A stretch of DNA of 64,000 bases from Candidatus Anstonellaceae archaeon (GCA_038891055.1 JAWAEU010000004.1:18865-82864); one strand, 5' to 3'. Positions 28,572-38,958 are shown, counted from the stretch's first letter. Notes: generated from the sequence alone by a model not told the origin. Numbers and translations: made by a program.

Positions 28572-29570
28572 GTGGAGAAAAAGAAGATGGATATAATAAA
28601 AATATTAAAAGAAAGTAAAAAATTGCCTCTAGTGGGAGAAATAAGAAATTATTATATTCTTATTTTTTTTCTTTTGATCCTCTACATTATTACAAAAAAT
28701 GTATTGATAGGTTTAATTTGTGGATTTAGTATACTTACATTTTTCTTTTATGAGATATACGAGGGAATAAAAAATCATGGAATAAAAAAAGAATTGGTAG
28801 AGATTTTAGTCGCTGTTTTAGCAGCCTTTTTAATTTATAATTTTATTGGATTGTTGTTAAATACTCCTACGCCCATCAGTGCAATAGTATCTTGTTCCAT
28901 GTTGCCTCACTACAACAGAGGAGATTTAGTGATAATTGGAAATTGGGAATTAAATACTATTTCTCTAAATTATAACAAAGAGCTTGAAAAAGAAATGCAA
29001 AAAGTCGAAGTTTATTATAAAGATAAACAAATTCCTATTAACACCTCTATTTATCTTTATTGCTCTCAAAATCCTCTAAACGAATTTTGTCAGAAGTTCA
29101 TTTACTCTGAACCAGAGAACTTTTATGAAAAAATAGGGCCACTTAAGATAGATTACAAAATGTGCAAAAAAATTAATCTCTCTACAAAAAATATAATAAA
29201 TTTACCTTGTGTAAATTCAACTTATTTTGAGAATAGATTAATCCAAATAAATAAGAACTCCGACCTAATAGTTTACAATCCTAAAAAAAAGAATGGAGAA
29301 ATTGAACAAATAGATATTATTCACAGATTAGTATTTATTGTAAATAGTACTGATGGAGTATATTATTTTACAAAGGGCGATAATAACCCAATTTATGACT
29401 TTCAGTATTATTTACACTCCCAAAGAAATTATTTGATAAAAAAAGATCAAATAAAAGGAAAATTACTTCTAAGTATCCCATATATTGGAAATTTAAAACT
29501 TGTAATAACTCCCCAAGTGCTTTTGTTAGATGAAATACAAACAGGCTGTTGGGGCTATTTTTTAGAGTAA
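28572..29570 (+). CDS. Signal peptidase I (S26B / Sec11 type) with large insertion
   Basis: SCSMLP..RGDLV, IIHR, TKGDNN and IPYIG. Confidence 0.88.
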   Translation: MEKKKMDIIKILKESKKLPLVGEIRNYYILIFFLLILYIITKNVLIGLICGFSILTFFFYEIYEGIKNHGIKKELVEILVAVLAAFLIYNFIGLLLNTPTPISAIVSCSMLPHYNRGDLVIIGNWELNTISLNYNKELEKEMQKVEVYYKDKQIPINTSIYLYCSQNPLNEFCQKFIYSEPENFYEKIGPLKIDYKMCKKINLSTKNIINLPCVNSTYFENRLIQINKNSDLIVYNPKKKNGEIEQIDIIHRLVFIVNSTDGVYYFTKGDNNPIYDFQYYLHSQRNYLIKKDQIKGKLLLSIPYIGNLKLVITPQVLLLDEIQTGCWGYFLE

Positions 29571-30340
29571 GATAATTTGAGGGATTTTCCTAAAGAATTA
29601 TAATAAAAGAGGAACATATCTGTTTGAAATAAAATAAGAGATAAAATATAAAAAATTAAAGATACGAAAGCTACTATAAAATAGATTATAAAAAACACAA
29701 AGGATAAAAAAATAAAGGTATTAAAAAAATAAAACAATAACGAAGCAAATGCATAGACAGATATAAAAATCTCCATTGTCTGTCCTTTTACCAGATAATA
29801 AGACTTTTTGAGGGGTTCTGAATCTCCTAAGAGGAAAAAGAATATTGAAAAGTAAGTACGAGTTGAATGCAAAATAAAAATAATAAGGTAAAAAATTATA
29901 GATATGGCTAAAAAATAGAAGAACAATAATTTAGTAAAGAAAAATGAAACTAGAGTTATTAAAAATAAAAAAATAGATAATAGGAGAAGCTTTTTCTCAT
30001 ACCAAATTGTGAGATTAACCAACAGATATTTTATATAAAATTTTAAAAATTCAAAAAATGAGATTTTGGTAGGAGTGATTTTTGCTAATTCTAAACTTCT
30101 TTTAAATAGCCTAAGATTCAAATTTAAAAAAATCAATATAAGCGAAAGCAAAACTAAAGACAAAACAACAATTGAAATAGCTGATTGAAAGAAGATCCTT
30201 AAAACCAAAAAAACACTAATGATTAGAGGAATAAGAAAAATAACTAAAGACGAAAGAAATGAATAAAGCAATAATTTTTTATCTCTTAAATTTTTATAAA
30301 CAAACATTAAGCCGTTTATAGCAGGATATTCCAAAACCAT
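29555..30340 (-). CDS. Polytopic membrane protein (paralogue 1)
   Basis: About 6 TM segments; shares WY.KKL and KSY motifs with its neighbour. Confidence 0.65.
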   Translation of the reverse strand: MVLEYPAINGLMFVYKNLRDKKLLLYSFLSSLVIFLIPLIISVFLVLRIFFQSAISIVVLSLVLLSLILIFLNLNLRLFKRSLELAKITPTKISFFEFLKFYIKYLLVNLTIWYEKKLLLLSIFLFLITLVSFFFTKLLFFYFLAISIIFYLIIFILHSTRTYFSIFFFLLGDSEPLKKSYYLVKGQTMEIFISVYAFASLLFYFFNTFIFLSFVFFIIYFIVAFVSLIFYILSLILFQTDMFLFYYNSLGKSLKLSYSKK

Positions 30341-30343
30341 TTT

Positions 30344-31141
30344 TTATGACCCCCTGTAATAAACTTCAATCAATTCTTTAAATAATTTAGCATAAGATAG
30401 CTGGAAAATTGCAAACCCAACTAAAAAAATGACGAAAAAAATAATAAAAGAAGAAAAAATGAGAAAAATATTCAATTCTTTAACAAAAATAATTAGTAGA
30501 AAAAATAATGGAGCTAAAAAAAACACAAAAAATAAAAATAAAAATAAAGACCACAATAAAATTAATTTTTTTGTTAGATTGTTAGAAATTACAAATTCAT
30601 AAGACTTTCTAATAGCTGATTGCTCTGGAGACAAACCTGACAAAAATAAATAATCTGCAAAATCTGTTTTTATGAAGTGAATAAAAAAAATTATCAAATA
30701 ATAAATAGAGCTAGAAAATCCTAATAGAGTTAAAATAAAAATCAAGTCATTAAAATTAGATATTTTAGTTTGATATTCTAATAAAAAAATTAAAAAAAAT
30801 AAAATGAAGGCTGAGAATAATAAAAAAAATAAAAATAGCTTTTTTTGATACCAACAAAATAAATTTAAAATACTCTTTTTAAAATACAAAAAAGTATAAT
30901 TTAAAAAGTCTAATTTCTCATCTGGCTGTGGAAGATCAAATTTTGCAATACTCATTGCAGTGCGTTTGAGTTTATAATTAAAAAATGTAATAAGAAAAAA
31001 TGAAAATGGAAAAATAAAAGAAAAAATAGAAGAGAAGACTAAAAGTAAAGAGTATAAAAGCAATTTAAAATTAAAAAAATTTTTAGTAGCAAATTTGATT
31101 ATCTCTAAAATTGAAATATTTTTTTTCATCAAATCATCCAA
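30344..31141 (-). CDS. Polytopic membrane protein (paralogue 2)
   Basis: About 6 TM segments; WYQKKL, IHFIKT and RKSY. Confidence 0.65.
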   Translation of the reverse strand: MDDLMKKNISILEIIKFATKNFFNFKLLLYSLLLVFSSIFSFIFPFSFFLITFFNYKLKRTAMSIAKFDLPQPDEKLDFLNYTFLYFKKSILNLFCWYQKKLFLFFLLFSAFILFFLIFLLEYQTKISNFNDLIFILTLLGFSSSIYYLIIFFIHFIKTDFADYLFLSGLSPEQSAIRKSYEFVISNNLTKKLILLWSLFLFLFFVFFLAPLFFLLIIFVKELNIFLIFSSFIIFFVIFLVGFAIFQLSYAKLFKELIEVYYRGS

Positions 31142-31185
31142 ATTGCTTATCTATAAGTGATATATCGATAGTAATATTTAAAAGA

Positions 31186-31914
31186 TTATATAATAGTAAA
31201 ATAAATTCTTCGATTATTTTTTCCTTTGTTTTCTGCCTTTATAAATGTTATTTTGCCTACTTCAGAGGTATTTTTAACATGAGTTCCTCCATCTGCTTGA
31301 ATATCCACTCCTTCTATTTCAACTATTCTAATTTCTTCTAATTCTTCCAAAATATTTTTTGAAAAAAGTTTTATTATGCCCTCCATTTTTAGGGCTTGCT
31401 GTTTTGAAACAAAATAAGTTTTAACTTCGTGAGCTTCACTACAAATTTCGTTTGCCTTTTTAATTGCATTTTCTAAAAATTCTTTGTCAAACTTTGGAGT
31501 ATTAAAATCAAACCTTGATTTATCAACATCTAATTGATTTCCTGTAATTAGTGCACCTTGACTAAAAAGTACTGCTGATAGAACATGTGCAGCAGTATGC
31601 ATTCTCATGAGTTTGTATCTTCTCTCCCAATCTAATTCTAAAATAACTTTTTGACCTTTTTGTAGATTTTGAGAAGAAGAAATAAAATGGATTACATCAC
31701 CATTATCTTTTCTTACATCTAAAACATCAACTTGAAAAGTTTTATCCTCTAAACTTTTTATTCTACCTCTATCCGAAGGCTGTCCCCCAGAAGTAGGATA
31801 AAAAATGGTTTGATCTAAAATTAGTTTATTTTCCTGCACATCCAAAACAGTTGCCTCAGCTTCCTTCAAATAAGAATCAAAGAAATATAATAACTTTGTC
31901 TTTGTTTTTTGCAT
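31186..31914 (-). CDS. alaXM: AlaX-M alanyl-tRNA editing protein
   Basis: LDQTIFYPTSGGQPSDRG, MRMHTAAH and DGGTHVKNT. Confidence 0.93.
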   Translation of the reverse strand: MQKTKTKLLYFFDSYLKEAEATVLDVQENKLILDQTIFYPTSGGQPSDRGRIKSLEDKTFQVDVLDVRKDNGDVIHFISSSQNLQKGQKVILELDWERRYKLMRMHTAAHVLSAVLFSQGALITGNQLDVDKSRFDFNTPKFDKEFLENAIKKANEICSEAHEVKTYFVSKQQALKMEGIIKLFSKNILEELEEIRIVEIEGVDIQADGGTHVKNTSEVGKITFIKAENKGKNNRRIYFTII

Positions 31915-31988
31915 AAAAAAATATTAAGCGACAAACTTAAAAATCTAAAGCGAGTAAAAAAGTAAGTATTTAAAAGAGGGAGGTAAAA

Positions 31989-32735
31989 ATGTTTAGATTT
32001 TCTCTGTCAGACCCAAAGAAATTTAAAAACGCTATAGATGGAGTGGTAAATTTAGTAGATGAAGCAATTTTAGAAGTAAAGTCAGAAGGCCTTAGCCTAA
32101 TGGCTATGGACCCATCCCAAATTTCGATGGTTTGTTTTTTTATGCCAAAAACAGCTTTTGAAGATTATCATACCAACTCTGATTTGAGAGTAGGATTAAA
32201 TTTTTCTAATCTTTCTAAAATTTTATCAAGAGCTCACCCTTCTGAAAAATTAGAGATAGAACAAGAAGAAAACAAAATAGTGATAAGGTTTATAGGTGGA
32301 AAGAAAAAAAGAGCTTTTAAATTACCTATTTTAGACCTTACTCAACCAATTACAAGAGAACCAAAAATTAATCCTGGGGCAATAATAAAAATGGTAAGCC
32401 AAAATTTCAAAGAACAACTAAAGGATGCTGCTTTAGTATCCACCCATGTGACTCTAACTGCTACTGAAAATAATTTTAAAATAGACGCAAAAGGAGAATC
32501 TAGCGACTTAACGGCTGAACAGGAAAAAGATTCTGAAGGAATAATTTCAATGGAAGTAAACAAAGAAGCGAGGGCAACATTTTTAATAGAATATTTAGAC
32601 GATATAACAAAAGCCTGTCCTGAAAACCAACCACTTGTAATATATTTGGAAAAAGAAAAACCAATAAAAATAGAATATATGATAAACGAAGCAAAATTAG
32701 TATATTATTTGGCTCCTCGAATTGAAAACGATTAG
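31989..32735 (+). CDS. pcn: DNA polymerase sliding clamp PCNA
   Basis: AMDPSQISMV and YYLAPRIE. Confidence 0.96.
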   Translation: MFRFSLSDPKKFKNAIDGVVNLVDEAILEVKSEGLSLMAMDPSQISMVCFFMPKTAFEDYHTNSDLRVGLNFSNLSKILSRAHPSEKLEIEQEENKIVIRFIGGKKKRAFKLPILDLTQPITREPKINPGAIIKMVSQNFKEQLKDAALVSTHVTLTATENNFKIDAKGESSDLTAEQEKDSEGIISMEVNKEARATFLIEYLDDITKACPENQPLVIYLEKEKPIKIEYMINEAKLVYYLAPRIEND

Positions 32736-32762
32736 TTAAAAAAATATTAAAATTCGAGATTT

Positions 32763-34019
32763 ATGACAAGAATAAAAAAAATTGAGGGATTAGAAGTTTT
32801 AGATAGCAGAGCAAATCCTACTTTGATGGCAAGAGTAGAGTTAGAAAATAAAATAGTGGAAAAAGCTTATGCGCCCAGTGGAGCTTCTAGAGGAAAAAAT
32901 GAAGCAATAGAATTAAGAGATGGAGGCAAAAGGTTGAGCGGACTTGGAGTAAAAAAAGCTATTGAAAATATCAAAAAAATAGAAAAAATTTTAAAGGGCC
33001 AAAATATATTTGAACAACAAGAAATTGATTTTAAAATGATAGAGTTAGATGGCACAGCAAATATGGCAAATTTGGGAGCAAATGCTACTGTTGCTGTTTC
33101 GTTGGCTTGTTTTAGAGCTGGAGCAAGAGCAAAAGGGATTCAGCCTTACTACTATCTCAATAAAAATGCGACAACTTTGCCAGTTCCTTTTATGAATATT
33201 ATAAATGGAGGGGCTCATGCAGGAAACAAATTAGCTATTCAAGAATTTATGATAGTTCCAAAAAATTTTAAAAAATTTGAAGATGCTTTGTGGTCTGCGG
33301 TTGAGATATATCATATTTTAAAAAACAAAATAAAACAAAAATATGGGAAAGAAGCAATAAATTTAGGGGACGAGGGGGGTTTTGCTCCACCACTACAAAA
33401 AAGTGAAGAAGCATTGGAGCTTATTAGCTCTTCTATTGAAGAAGGAGGATATAATAAAAAAATATTTTTGGCTTTAGATGCTGCTGCAAATTCATTTTTT
33501 GACCCAAAAAGTAATAAATATAACATTGATCAAAAGCAAATTGGGGCAGAAGAACTTTTAGAGTACTACTTAAATTTATTAGAAAGATACAAAATAATTT
33601 CAATCGAGGATCCTTTTGAAGAAATGTCTTATTACTACTATGCTGAATTAAAAAGAAAAATAAAAAAATTTGGGTGTTATGTAGTTGCAGATGACATGAC
33701 AGTATCCAATTTAAAACTTGTAAAAAAAGCAATAGCACAAAATGCTTTAGATGTACTTCTTTTAAAAGTGAATCAAATAGGTACTTTGAGTCAAGCAATA
33801 GAAACTGCAAAATATTGCATAAAAAATAATATTGAAATTATGGTAAGTCATCGCTCTGGAGAAACTGAAGATAGCACCATTGCAGACATAGCAGTAGGGT
33901 TAGAAAGTAAAATGATTAAAACTGGAGCACCTGCAAGAGGAGAGAGAACAGCTAAATACAATAGGCTTTTGGAAATTTGTTATATGCTAAAAAATAAGGC
34001 TAAACTTTCGAAAATTTAA
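32763..34019 (+). CDS. eno: Enolase
   Basis: LDSRANPT, PSGAS, GDEGGFAP, LLKVNQIG and SHRSGETED. Confidence 0.97.
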   Translation: MTRIKKIEGLEVLDSRANPTLMARVELENKIVEKAYAPSGASRGKNEAIELRDGGKRLSGLGVKKAIENIKKIEKILKGQNIFEQQEIDFKMIELDGTANMANLGANATVAVSLACFRAGARAKGIQPYYYLNKNATTLPVPFMNIINGGAHAGNKLAIQEFMIVPKNFKKFEDALWSAVEIYHILKNKIKQKYGKEAINLGDEGGFAPPLQKSEEALELISSSIEEGGYNKKIFLALDAAANSFFDPKSNKYNIDQKQIGAEELLEYYLNLLERYKIISIEDPFEEMSYYYYAELKRKIKKFGCYVVADDMTVSNLKLVKKAIAQNALDVLLLKVNQIGTLSQAIETAKYCIKNNIEIMVSHRSGETEDSTIADIAVGLESKMIKTGAPARGERTAKYNRLLEICYMLKNKAKLSKI

Positions 34020-34035
34020 AAATTGCATTAAAAAA

Positions 34036-34905
34036 TTATTTGGACTTTTTAGAGGACTTTGTTTTTCTCTTTTTTTCTTTTTGTTCCTTTTTAATTTCTT
34101 CTTTATTTTCTTCTCTAATGGCTGGTTCGGCATTAGAATTTTGTGAAATTTGAGTTTGTGGTTCTTTATTCTCATTATTGCTGGCAGTATTATTTTCTAA
34201 TTCTTGTTTTTCTGTTTGAGAATTTTGCGAGGTTTGATCTTCTTGTTGTTTTATTTCCTGATCTTTTTCTTTGTTAGATTTTAAGGATTCTTCTTCTAAC
34301 AGCTCAGAACAAGAATTTTCAAATTCTTCTAAGGTTGGGCGAAATTCATCATAAGTAGAAATTTTATTTGAAGACATTGCTAATTCTCTAGCCAAAAGCC
34401 AAAAAATTAGGGATAAAGATTTTCTTCCCTTATTATTACAAGGAATTATCCAATCAATAAACATAGTATAATTATCAGTATCACAGAGGCCAATAGTTGG
34501 GATTCCCATCTCTCCACATTCTAATACTGCTTGTTTTTCACCTTTAGGATCGCAAATTATTACCAAATCAGGTTCAACAAAATCAGCTCTCCCTACATTT
34601 GTAAACATCCCTGGAATAAATCTTCCACTAATTACTTTTATAGAGGTTAATCTTTCAAAAACCTTTGCAGCTACTGAAGAATAAGTTCTTGAAGCAACTA
34701 CATAAACTTTTTTTGGATCATATTTTGAGATTATTTTAGCAGCAATTCTAATTCTCTCATCAATTACTCTCAAGTCTAAAACATATAAATCGTCGCTTCT
34801 TCTTTTGAAAATAAATTTCTGCATATCTATAGTTCTCATTCTTGTGCCTATATGAATTCCACTCTCCAAATATTTTTCTTGTTTTATTAACAAACCATCA
34901 GACAT
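34036..34905 (-). CDS. rps2: 30S ribosomal protein uS2 with long polar C-terminal tail
   Basis: YLESGIHIGT, GRFIPG, DTDN and PCNNKGRKSL. True start MSDG after GGTGGTG. Confidence 0.96.
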   Translation of the reverse strand: MSDGLLIKQEKYLESGIHIGTRMRTIDMQKFIFKRRSDDLYVLDLRVIDERIRIAAKIISKYDPKKVYVVASRTYSSVAAKVFERLTSIKVISGRFIPGMFTNVGRADFVEPDLVIICDPKGEKQAVLECGEMGIPTIGLCDTDNYTMFIDWIIPCNNKGRKSLSLIFWLLARELAMSSNKISTYDEFRPTLEEFENSCSELLEEESLKSNKEKDQEIKQQEDQTSQNSQTEKQELENNTASNNENKEPQTQISQNSNAEPAIREENKEEIKKEQKEKKRKTKSSKKSK

Positions 34906-34941
34906 CACACCACCTTTAAAATTTATAAGCACTAAAAACTT

Positions 34942-35015
34942 TGGGGCCACCGAGATTTGAACTCGGATAACCAGCACCCCAAGCTGGCAGGATAGCCAGG
35001 TTACCTCATGGCCCC
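34942..35015 (-). tRNA. tRNA-Pro(GGG)
   Basis: Acceptor GGGGCCA/TGGCCCC, anticodon arm CCAGC-TTGGGGT-GCTGG, T loop TTCAAAT. CCA not encoded. Confidence 0.95.
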
Positions 35016-35022
35016 AGCTTAG

Positions 35023-35220
35023 CTACAATTTATTATACTTGATTACTTCATCCATTACCTCCACGTGTGATAAAAACATTCGTCTACAGCAAATCCTTTT
35101 GACTTTTAAGGAATTTAAAACATCTGCTGGTTTCTCTCCGCTCTTTACTCTTTGTTTGTATTCTTCCCAAAGTTGTGCTATTGGTGCCCCACAACTAAAA
35201 CATCTTATTGGAAAATACAT
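35023..35220 (-). CDS. rpoN: RNA polymerase subunit N (Rpo10)
   Basis: PIRCFSCG and CCRRMFLSH. Confidence 0.97.
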   Translation of the reverse strand: MYFPIRCFSCGAPIAQLWEEYKQRVKSGEKPADVLNSLKVKRICCRRMFLSHVEVMDEVIKYNKL

Positions 35221-35247
35221 CTTATCCCTCCGAGTTTAAAATAAAAA

Positions 35248-35658
35248 TTATCTATATGACTTTTGAAATCTTGCTCTTGCCTTTGGACCTTTATATTTTT
35301 TAGGTTCTACTCTTCTTACATCTTCTATGAGTAGTGTTCTACTTTCAGCTAAAAATCTCTCTTTTAAAGCAGGTTGATATTTCACTAATGCTTTTGCGAT
35401 AGCTATAGCAGCAGCTTGAGCTTGGCCCATTTGCCCCCCACCTTTTACATTTATAGTTATGTCAACCTTTGAGGAGATATCTTCTGCAACTCTTAGGGGC
35501 TCTAAAATTATTGATTTTACAAATTCGTTATTAATTGAATCTAATAAATAAGAATTTACCCTTATTGTTCCACTCCCTTCTTTAAGTGAAGCAATAGCTA
35601 TACTCTCTTTTCTTTTTCCTCTTGCAATAATTACAGATTTTTTTGTTTTTTTAGCCAC
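35248..35658 (-). CDS. rps9: 30S ribosomal protein uS9
   Basis: GKRKESIA, GGGQMGQA and GPKARARFQKSYR. Confidence 0.96.
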   Translation of the reverse strand: MAKKTKKSVIIARGKRKESIAIASLKEGSGTIRVNSYLLDSINNEFVKSIILEPLRVAEDISSKVDITINVKGGGQMGQAQAAAIAIAKALVKYQPALKERFLAESRTLLIEDVRRVEPKKYKGPKARARFQKSYR

Positions 35659-35673
35659 TAAAACCACCTACCT

Positions 35674-36096
35674 CTATTTTGATTTATAACCAAAAGCCTC
35701 ACAAATTTTTTTGAGTGTAACATACTTTAAGAGTGAGAGTTTTTCTAAATTTGGATTTATAATTTGAGATTGATCTATGTCTTGTGGAATGTCGTCATAA
35801 ACTTTCAAATTTTTTAAAGCTACCTTTGATCTGGAAGTTTTTTTTGGTAACATTCCCCTAACCATCTTTTTAAATAATTTGTATGGCACTGCAGGAAATT
35901 TTTCATTGTGTTCGGGGTTTCTCTTATCAGTTAAGCTTCTTCTTATTTTTAATTTTTCTACATTATTAAAATAAGAACCAGATATTACTAAATCCTGGGC
36001 ATTCACTACAATTATTTTTTCCCCCTCTAAAAGCTCTTTTGCTATTTTTGAAGCCAGCCTTCCTGCAATTTGACCTTTTGCATTATAAATCTTCAT
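35674..36096 (-). CDS. rpl13: 50S ribosomal protein uL13
   Basis: GRLASKIAKELL and VRGMLP. Confidence 0.95.
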   Translation of the reverse strand: MKIYNAKGQIAGRLASKIAKELLEGEKIIVVNAQDLVISGSYFNNVEKLKIRRSLTDKRNPEHNEKFPAVPYKLFKKMVRGMLPKKTSRSKVALKNLKVYDDIPQDIDQSQIINPNLEKLSLLKYVTLKKICEAFGYKSK

Positions 36097-36100
36097 ACCA

Positions 36101-36466
36101 TCACCTTATTATTTTAACTTTATAATTTTCTAAAATTTTGTCTAAATTAGAAAAATCTAAAATAGTACAAGAAGCTTTTTTCAACTCCTCTAAAGCTCTT
36201 TTAGAATAACTCTGAGCACAAACATTGAGTGGTTTTAAAATTTTTCCTGCTCCTAAAACTTTATCTGGTACTACAAATACAACATCCTCCTTTATCTTGG
36301 AGGCAAAAAAAGATAACTTTGAAATGTTTACTCCTTTCTTTGCTCTCTTTGATCTATTAATTAAGTATTTCAATTTCTTTTTAATCTCTCCAATCTCTTG
36401 ATTTTGTTTTGTATGTGAATTATTTGAATGCTTTTGATCTTTTATTTTGTTTTTTGACATGGACAT
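36101..36466 (-). CDS. rpl18e: 50S ribosomal protein eL18 (divergent N-terminus)
   Basis: VNISKL and VVPDKVLGAG; synteny. Confidence 0.85.
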   Translation of the reverse strand: MSMSKNKIKDQKHSNNSHTKQNQEIGEIKKKLKYLINRSKRAKKGVNISKLSFFASKIKEDVVFVVPDKVLGAGKILKPLNVCAQSYSKRALEELKKASCTILDFSNLDKILENYKVKIIR

Positions 36467-36482
36467 CAGATCAACCTCCAAA

Positions 36483-36568
36483 TGCAGGGGGTGAGATTTG
36501 AACTCACGAACCCTCTAAGGGACCAGCCCCTCAAGCTGGCGCATTTGACCAGGCTTTGCTACCCCTGC
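36483..36568 (-). tRNA. tRNA-Leu(GAG)
   Basis: Acceptor GCAGGGG/CCCCTGC, anticodon arm CCAGC-TTGAGGG-GCTGG, long variable arm. Confidence 0.95.
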
Positions 36569-36618
36569 TTTAATAAAAATAATACTTTTAGTGCTCACTT
36601 TTTTCATTTTTTCACCCA

Positions 36619-37209
36619 TTAGTCTAATTTGTTTAATTCTTCAACTAAATCTTCAGAATTTTTAGAAATTAATTCAAAGGTTTTTAGAAGCATTTTTTTA
36701 GGAGGAATTTGCCCAAAACTTTCGACGAAAAATTTAAAAGTATTTTCATTTTCTATCTCGTAACTAGCCAGACCTGCCTGCCATTTTGCATGTTTTCTTC
36801 CCTTGTTAGAGGTAGCTTTTGCCTCCAATCTCAAATTTTGATTTTCAGCTAAAACTAAGAGTAATATATTGTCAAATACTAATTCTATTTCTTTATCTAT
36901 TGGTTTTAGATCAGAGGAATAAACTTTTTTTGGTCCCTGTACATCTAAGTTAAAAACAAAAACATCTTCTGGCACTGTAGGACCTTTTACCCTTAGAGGT
37001 AAAAGACCTATTCTATGGGCTATATATTCGTCAAATAAAGTAGAAGTATTTTCATATATTATTACTTTGTCAAATGCAAAAGTCTCTAATTCCGTCATTA
37101 AATATCTTCTAATTAAATTTGCTAAATTCGGAGATATGTCTTTTATTGTAAAATATAAGGTATTTTCTTTCTCCTCGCCTTCATTCACAATAGTTAATTT
37201 CATTTTCAC
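36619..37209 (-). CDS. rpoD: RNA polymerase subunit D (Rpo3), lacking domain 3
   Basis: ANLIRR, FDEYIAHRIGLLPL, GRKHAKWQ and FVESFG. Confidence 0.95.
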   Translation of the reverse strand: MKMKLTIVNEGEEKENTLYFTIKDISPNLANLIRRYLMTELETFAFDKVIIYENTSTLFDEYIAHRIGLLPLRVKGPTVPEDVFVFNLDVQGPKKVYSSDLKPIDKEIELVFDNILLLVLAENQNLRLEAKATSNKGRKHAKWQAGLASYEIENENTFKFFVESFGQIPPKKMLLKTFELISKNSEDLVEELNKLD

Positions 37210-37215
37210 ACCTCG

Positions 37216-37752
37216 CTATACTCTTCTTCCTCTTCTTCCTCCAGGTCGTTTAGTACTATCAGTTGGTATTGGAGTAACATCTTCTATTCTTCCTACTCTA
37301 ATACCTTGCCTTGCAATTGTTCTTACAACTGCTTGGGCACCTGCACCTGGAGTTTTTGAGCCATGCCCACCTGGCGCCCTTATTCTTATGTGAAGGCCAC
37401 CTATTCCTTTTTCTTTTGCCTCATTTACAGCTTTTATTGTGGCTTGCATTGCAGCATAAGGCTTTCCTTCTTCTCTATCTGCTTTCACTATCATTCCTCC
37501 AGAAGCCTTTGCAATTGTTTCAGCACCAGAAAGATCAGTGATTGTTATTATAGTATCATTTTTAGAAGAATAAACATGACAAATTCCCCATTTTATTTGT
37601 TTTTGCTTTTGGGCAGCTGAAGTCTGAGCAGTTTGAATATTTTTTTCTTGTTCGGCTTGAGAATTGTTTGACTCCCCGCTACTTGCTATATTTTTACTTT
37701 CGTTTTTTTGCTGAGAATTTGATACTTCTTCTTTAGAATTTTTTTCTTCCAT
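37216..37752 (-). CDS. rps11: 30S ribosomal protein uS11 with N-terminal extension
   Basis: WGICHVYSS and [25 protein letters not shown]. Confidence 0.97.
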   Translation of the reverse strand: MEEKNSKEEVSNSQQKNESKNIASSGESNNSQAEQEKNIQTAQTSAAQKQKQIKWGICHVYSSKNDTIITITDLSGAETIAKASGGMIVKADREEGKPYAAMQATIKAVNEAKEKGIGGLHIRIRAPGGHGSKTPGAGAQAVVRTIARQGIRVGRIEDVTPIPTDSTKRPGGRRGRRV

Positions 37753-37773
37753 CAATATCACCTTTTTTAAGCA

Positions 37774-38298
37774 CTAAGATTTATTTTCATTAGATTCTAC
37801 TTTTTGTGAGCCAGATGAAGAAATATCTATTGGCTTGTAATATTCAATAGTAGGTTCTTCCATAGCTGTTACAAAGTAAGATGGGATTGTAACTCTTCTC
37901 CCATTAACCGCAATAAATCCATGCACTATTAGCTGCCTTGCTTGTTTTTGGGTTCTTGCCAAACCTTTTCTCACTACCAAAGTTTGTAACCTTCTTTCTA
38001 AAAAGTCTCTCACACTTAGCCCTAAGATGTCTTCTAATTTCATGCTCTTTTTTGCAATCCCCAGTTTTTTTAATTTTGCAATTAGATTTTGACCTAATAT
38101 TTCTCCTTGTTCACCTAAAGCTAAAAGCTTTCTTGCATTTCTTCTTAGTTTTTTTAATCGAGTAGAAGCCACCCACAATTCTCTTGTGTTTTTCAATCCA
38201 TATTCTTTTTTTAACAAAGATTCTTCTAAAATTCTTTCTTTATCCCAAATCTTTCTTGGTGTTTCAGCTATTGATTTTAACCTTCTTGGATCACCCAT
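37774..38298 (-). CDS. rps4: 30S ribosomal protein uS4
   Basis: MGDPRR, YGLKN, LERRLQT and ARQLIVHG. Confidence 0.97.
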   Translation of the reverse strand: MGDPRRLKSIAETPRKIWDKERILEESLLKKEYGLKNTRELWVASTRLKKLRRNARKLLALGEQGEILGQNLIAKLKKLGIAKKSMKLEDILGLSVRDFLERRLQTLVVRKGLARTQKQARQLIVHGFIAVNGRRVTIPSYFVTAMEEPTIEYYKPIDISSSGSQKVESNENKS

Positions 38299-38334
38299 AA
38301 TATCACCTGTTTACCAACCTCCTCCAAACCAACT

Positions 38335-38943
38335 CTATTTTGCTTTTTTATCTTTTTCCGCTTGCTTTTGTTCTTGAGAAGGTTTAGCGGTTGCACCTGC
38401 AGCTTTAGCAGCTTTTCTTAGTACACCTACAGTCATACCCTTTCTTCCAGTTGTTCTAGTGCGCTGTCCTCTCACTTTCTTAGAATAGGTGTGTCTAAAT
38501 CCTCTCCATGTCTGCGAATCTTTTTCGTGCTGAATATCTTGTTTTACTGCAAATATCAAATCATTTCCTAAAAGATGTCTTGGTTCATTTGAGATATAAT
38601 CCCTCTGCCTATTTAAATAGAATTTTGGAACCCCAAATTCTAATGGGTGATAGATTATATATTCTAATCTTTGAAGTTGTTCTTCTGATAATTCCCCTAT
38701 TAAAGTTTGAGGACTGATTGATAAATCTTTTGCTGCAATATTTGCTAAAACTTCGGATAAATTGTATCCTATTCCCTTTATACTATCCAAAGCTCTATTT
38801 AGAGGTAAATTTCCCTTTATATCTTTTGAAGCTATTCTAACAACTCCCTTAATCTCCTTTCCTTCTGGAGACTTTAAAATCTCCTCTTCTTTTTTCTTTT
38901 GAATTGGTTTTTGTTTTTTTGGTTTTTTTATTCCCATTCCCAT
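38335..38943 (-). CDS. rps13: 30S ribosomal protein uS13
   Basis: IKGIG, LNRQRD, WRGFRH and VRGQRTRTTGR. True start lies downstream of tRNA-Ser. Confidence 0.96.
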   Translation of the reverse strand: MGMGIKKPKKQKPIQKKKEEEILKSPEGKEIKGVVRIASKDIKGNLPLNRALDSIKGIGYNLSEVLANIAAKDLSISPQTLIGELSEEQLQRLEYIIYHPLEFGVPKFYLNRQRDYISNEPRHLLGNDLIFAVKQDIQHEKDSQTWRGFRHTYSKKVRGQRTRTTGRKGMTVGVLRKAAKAAGATAKPSQEQKQAEKDKKAK

Positions 38944-38958
38944 GATAACCACCAAAAA

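Noticed and set aside
34906-34977. ORF-track extension of rps2 into tRNA-Pro
   Set aside because: The true start is MSDG at 34905 with an SD; the extension is tRNA sequence.
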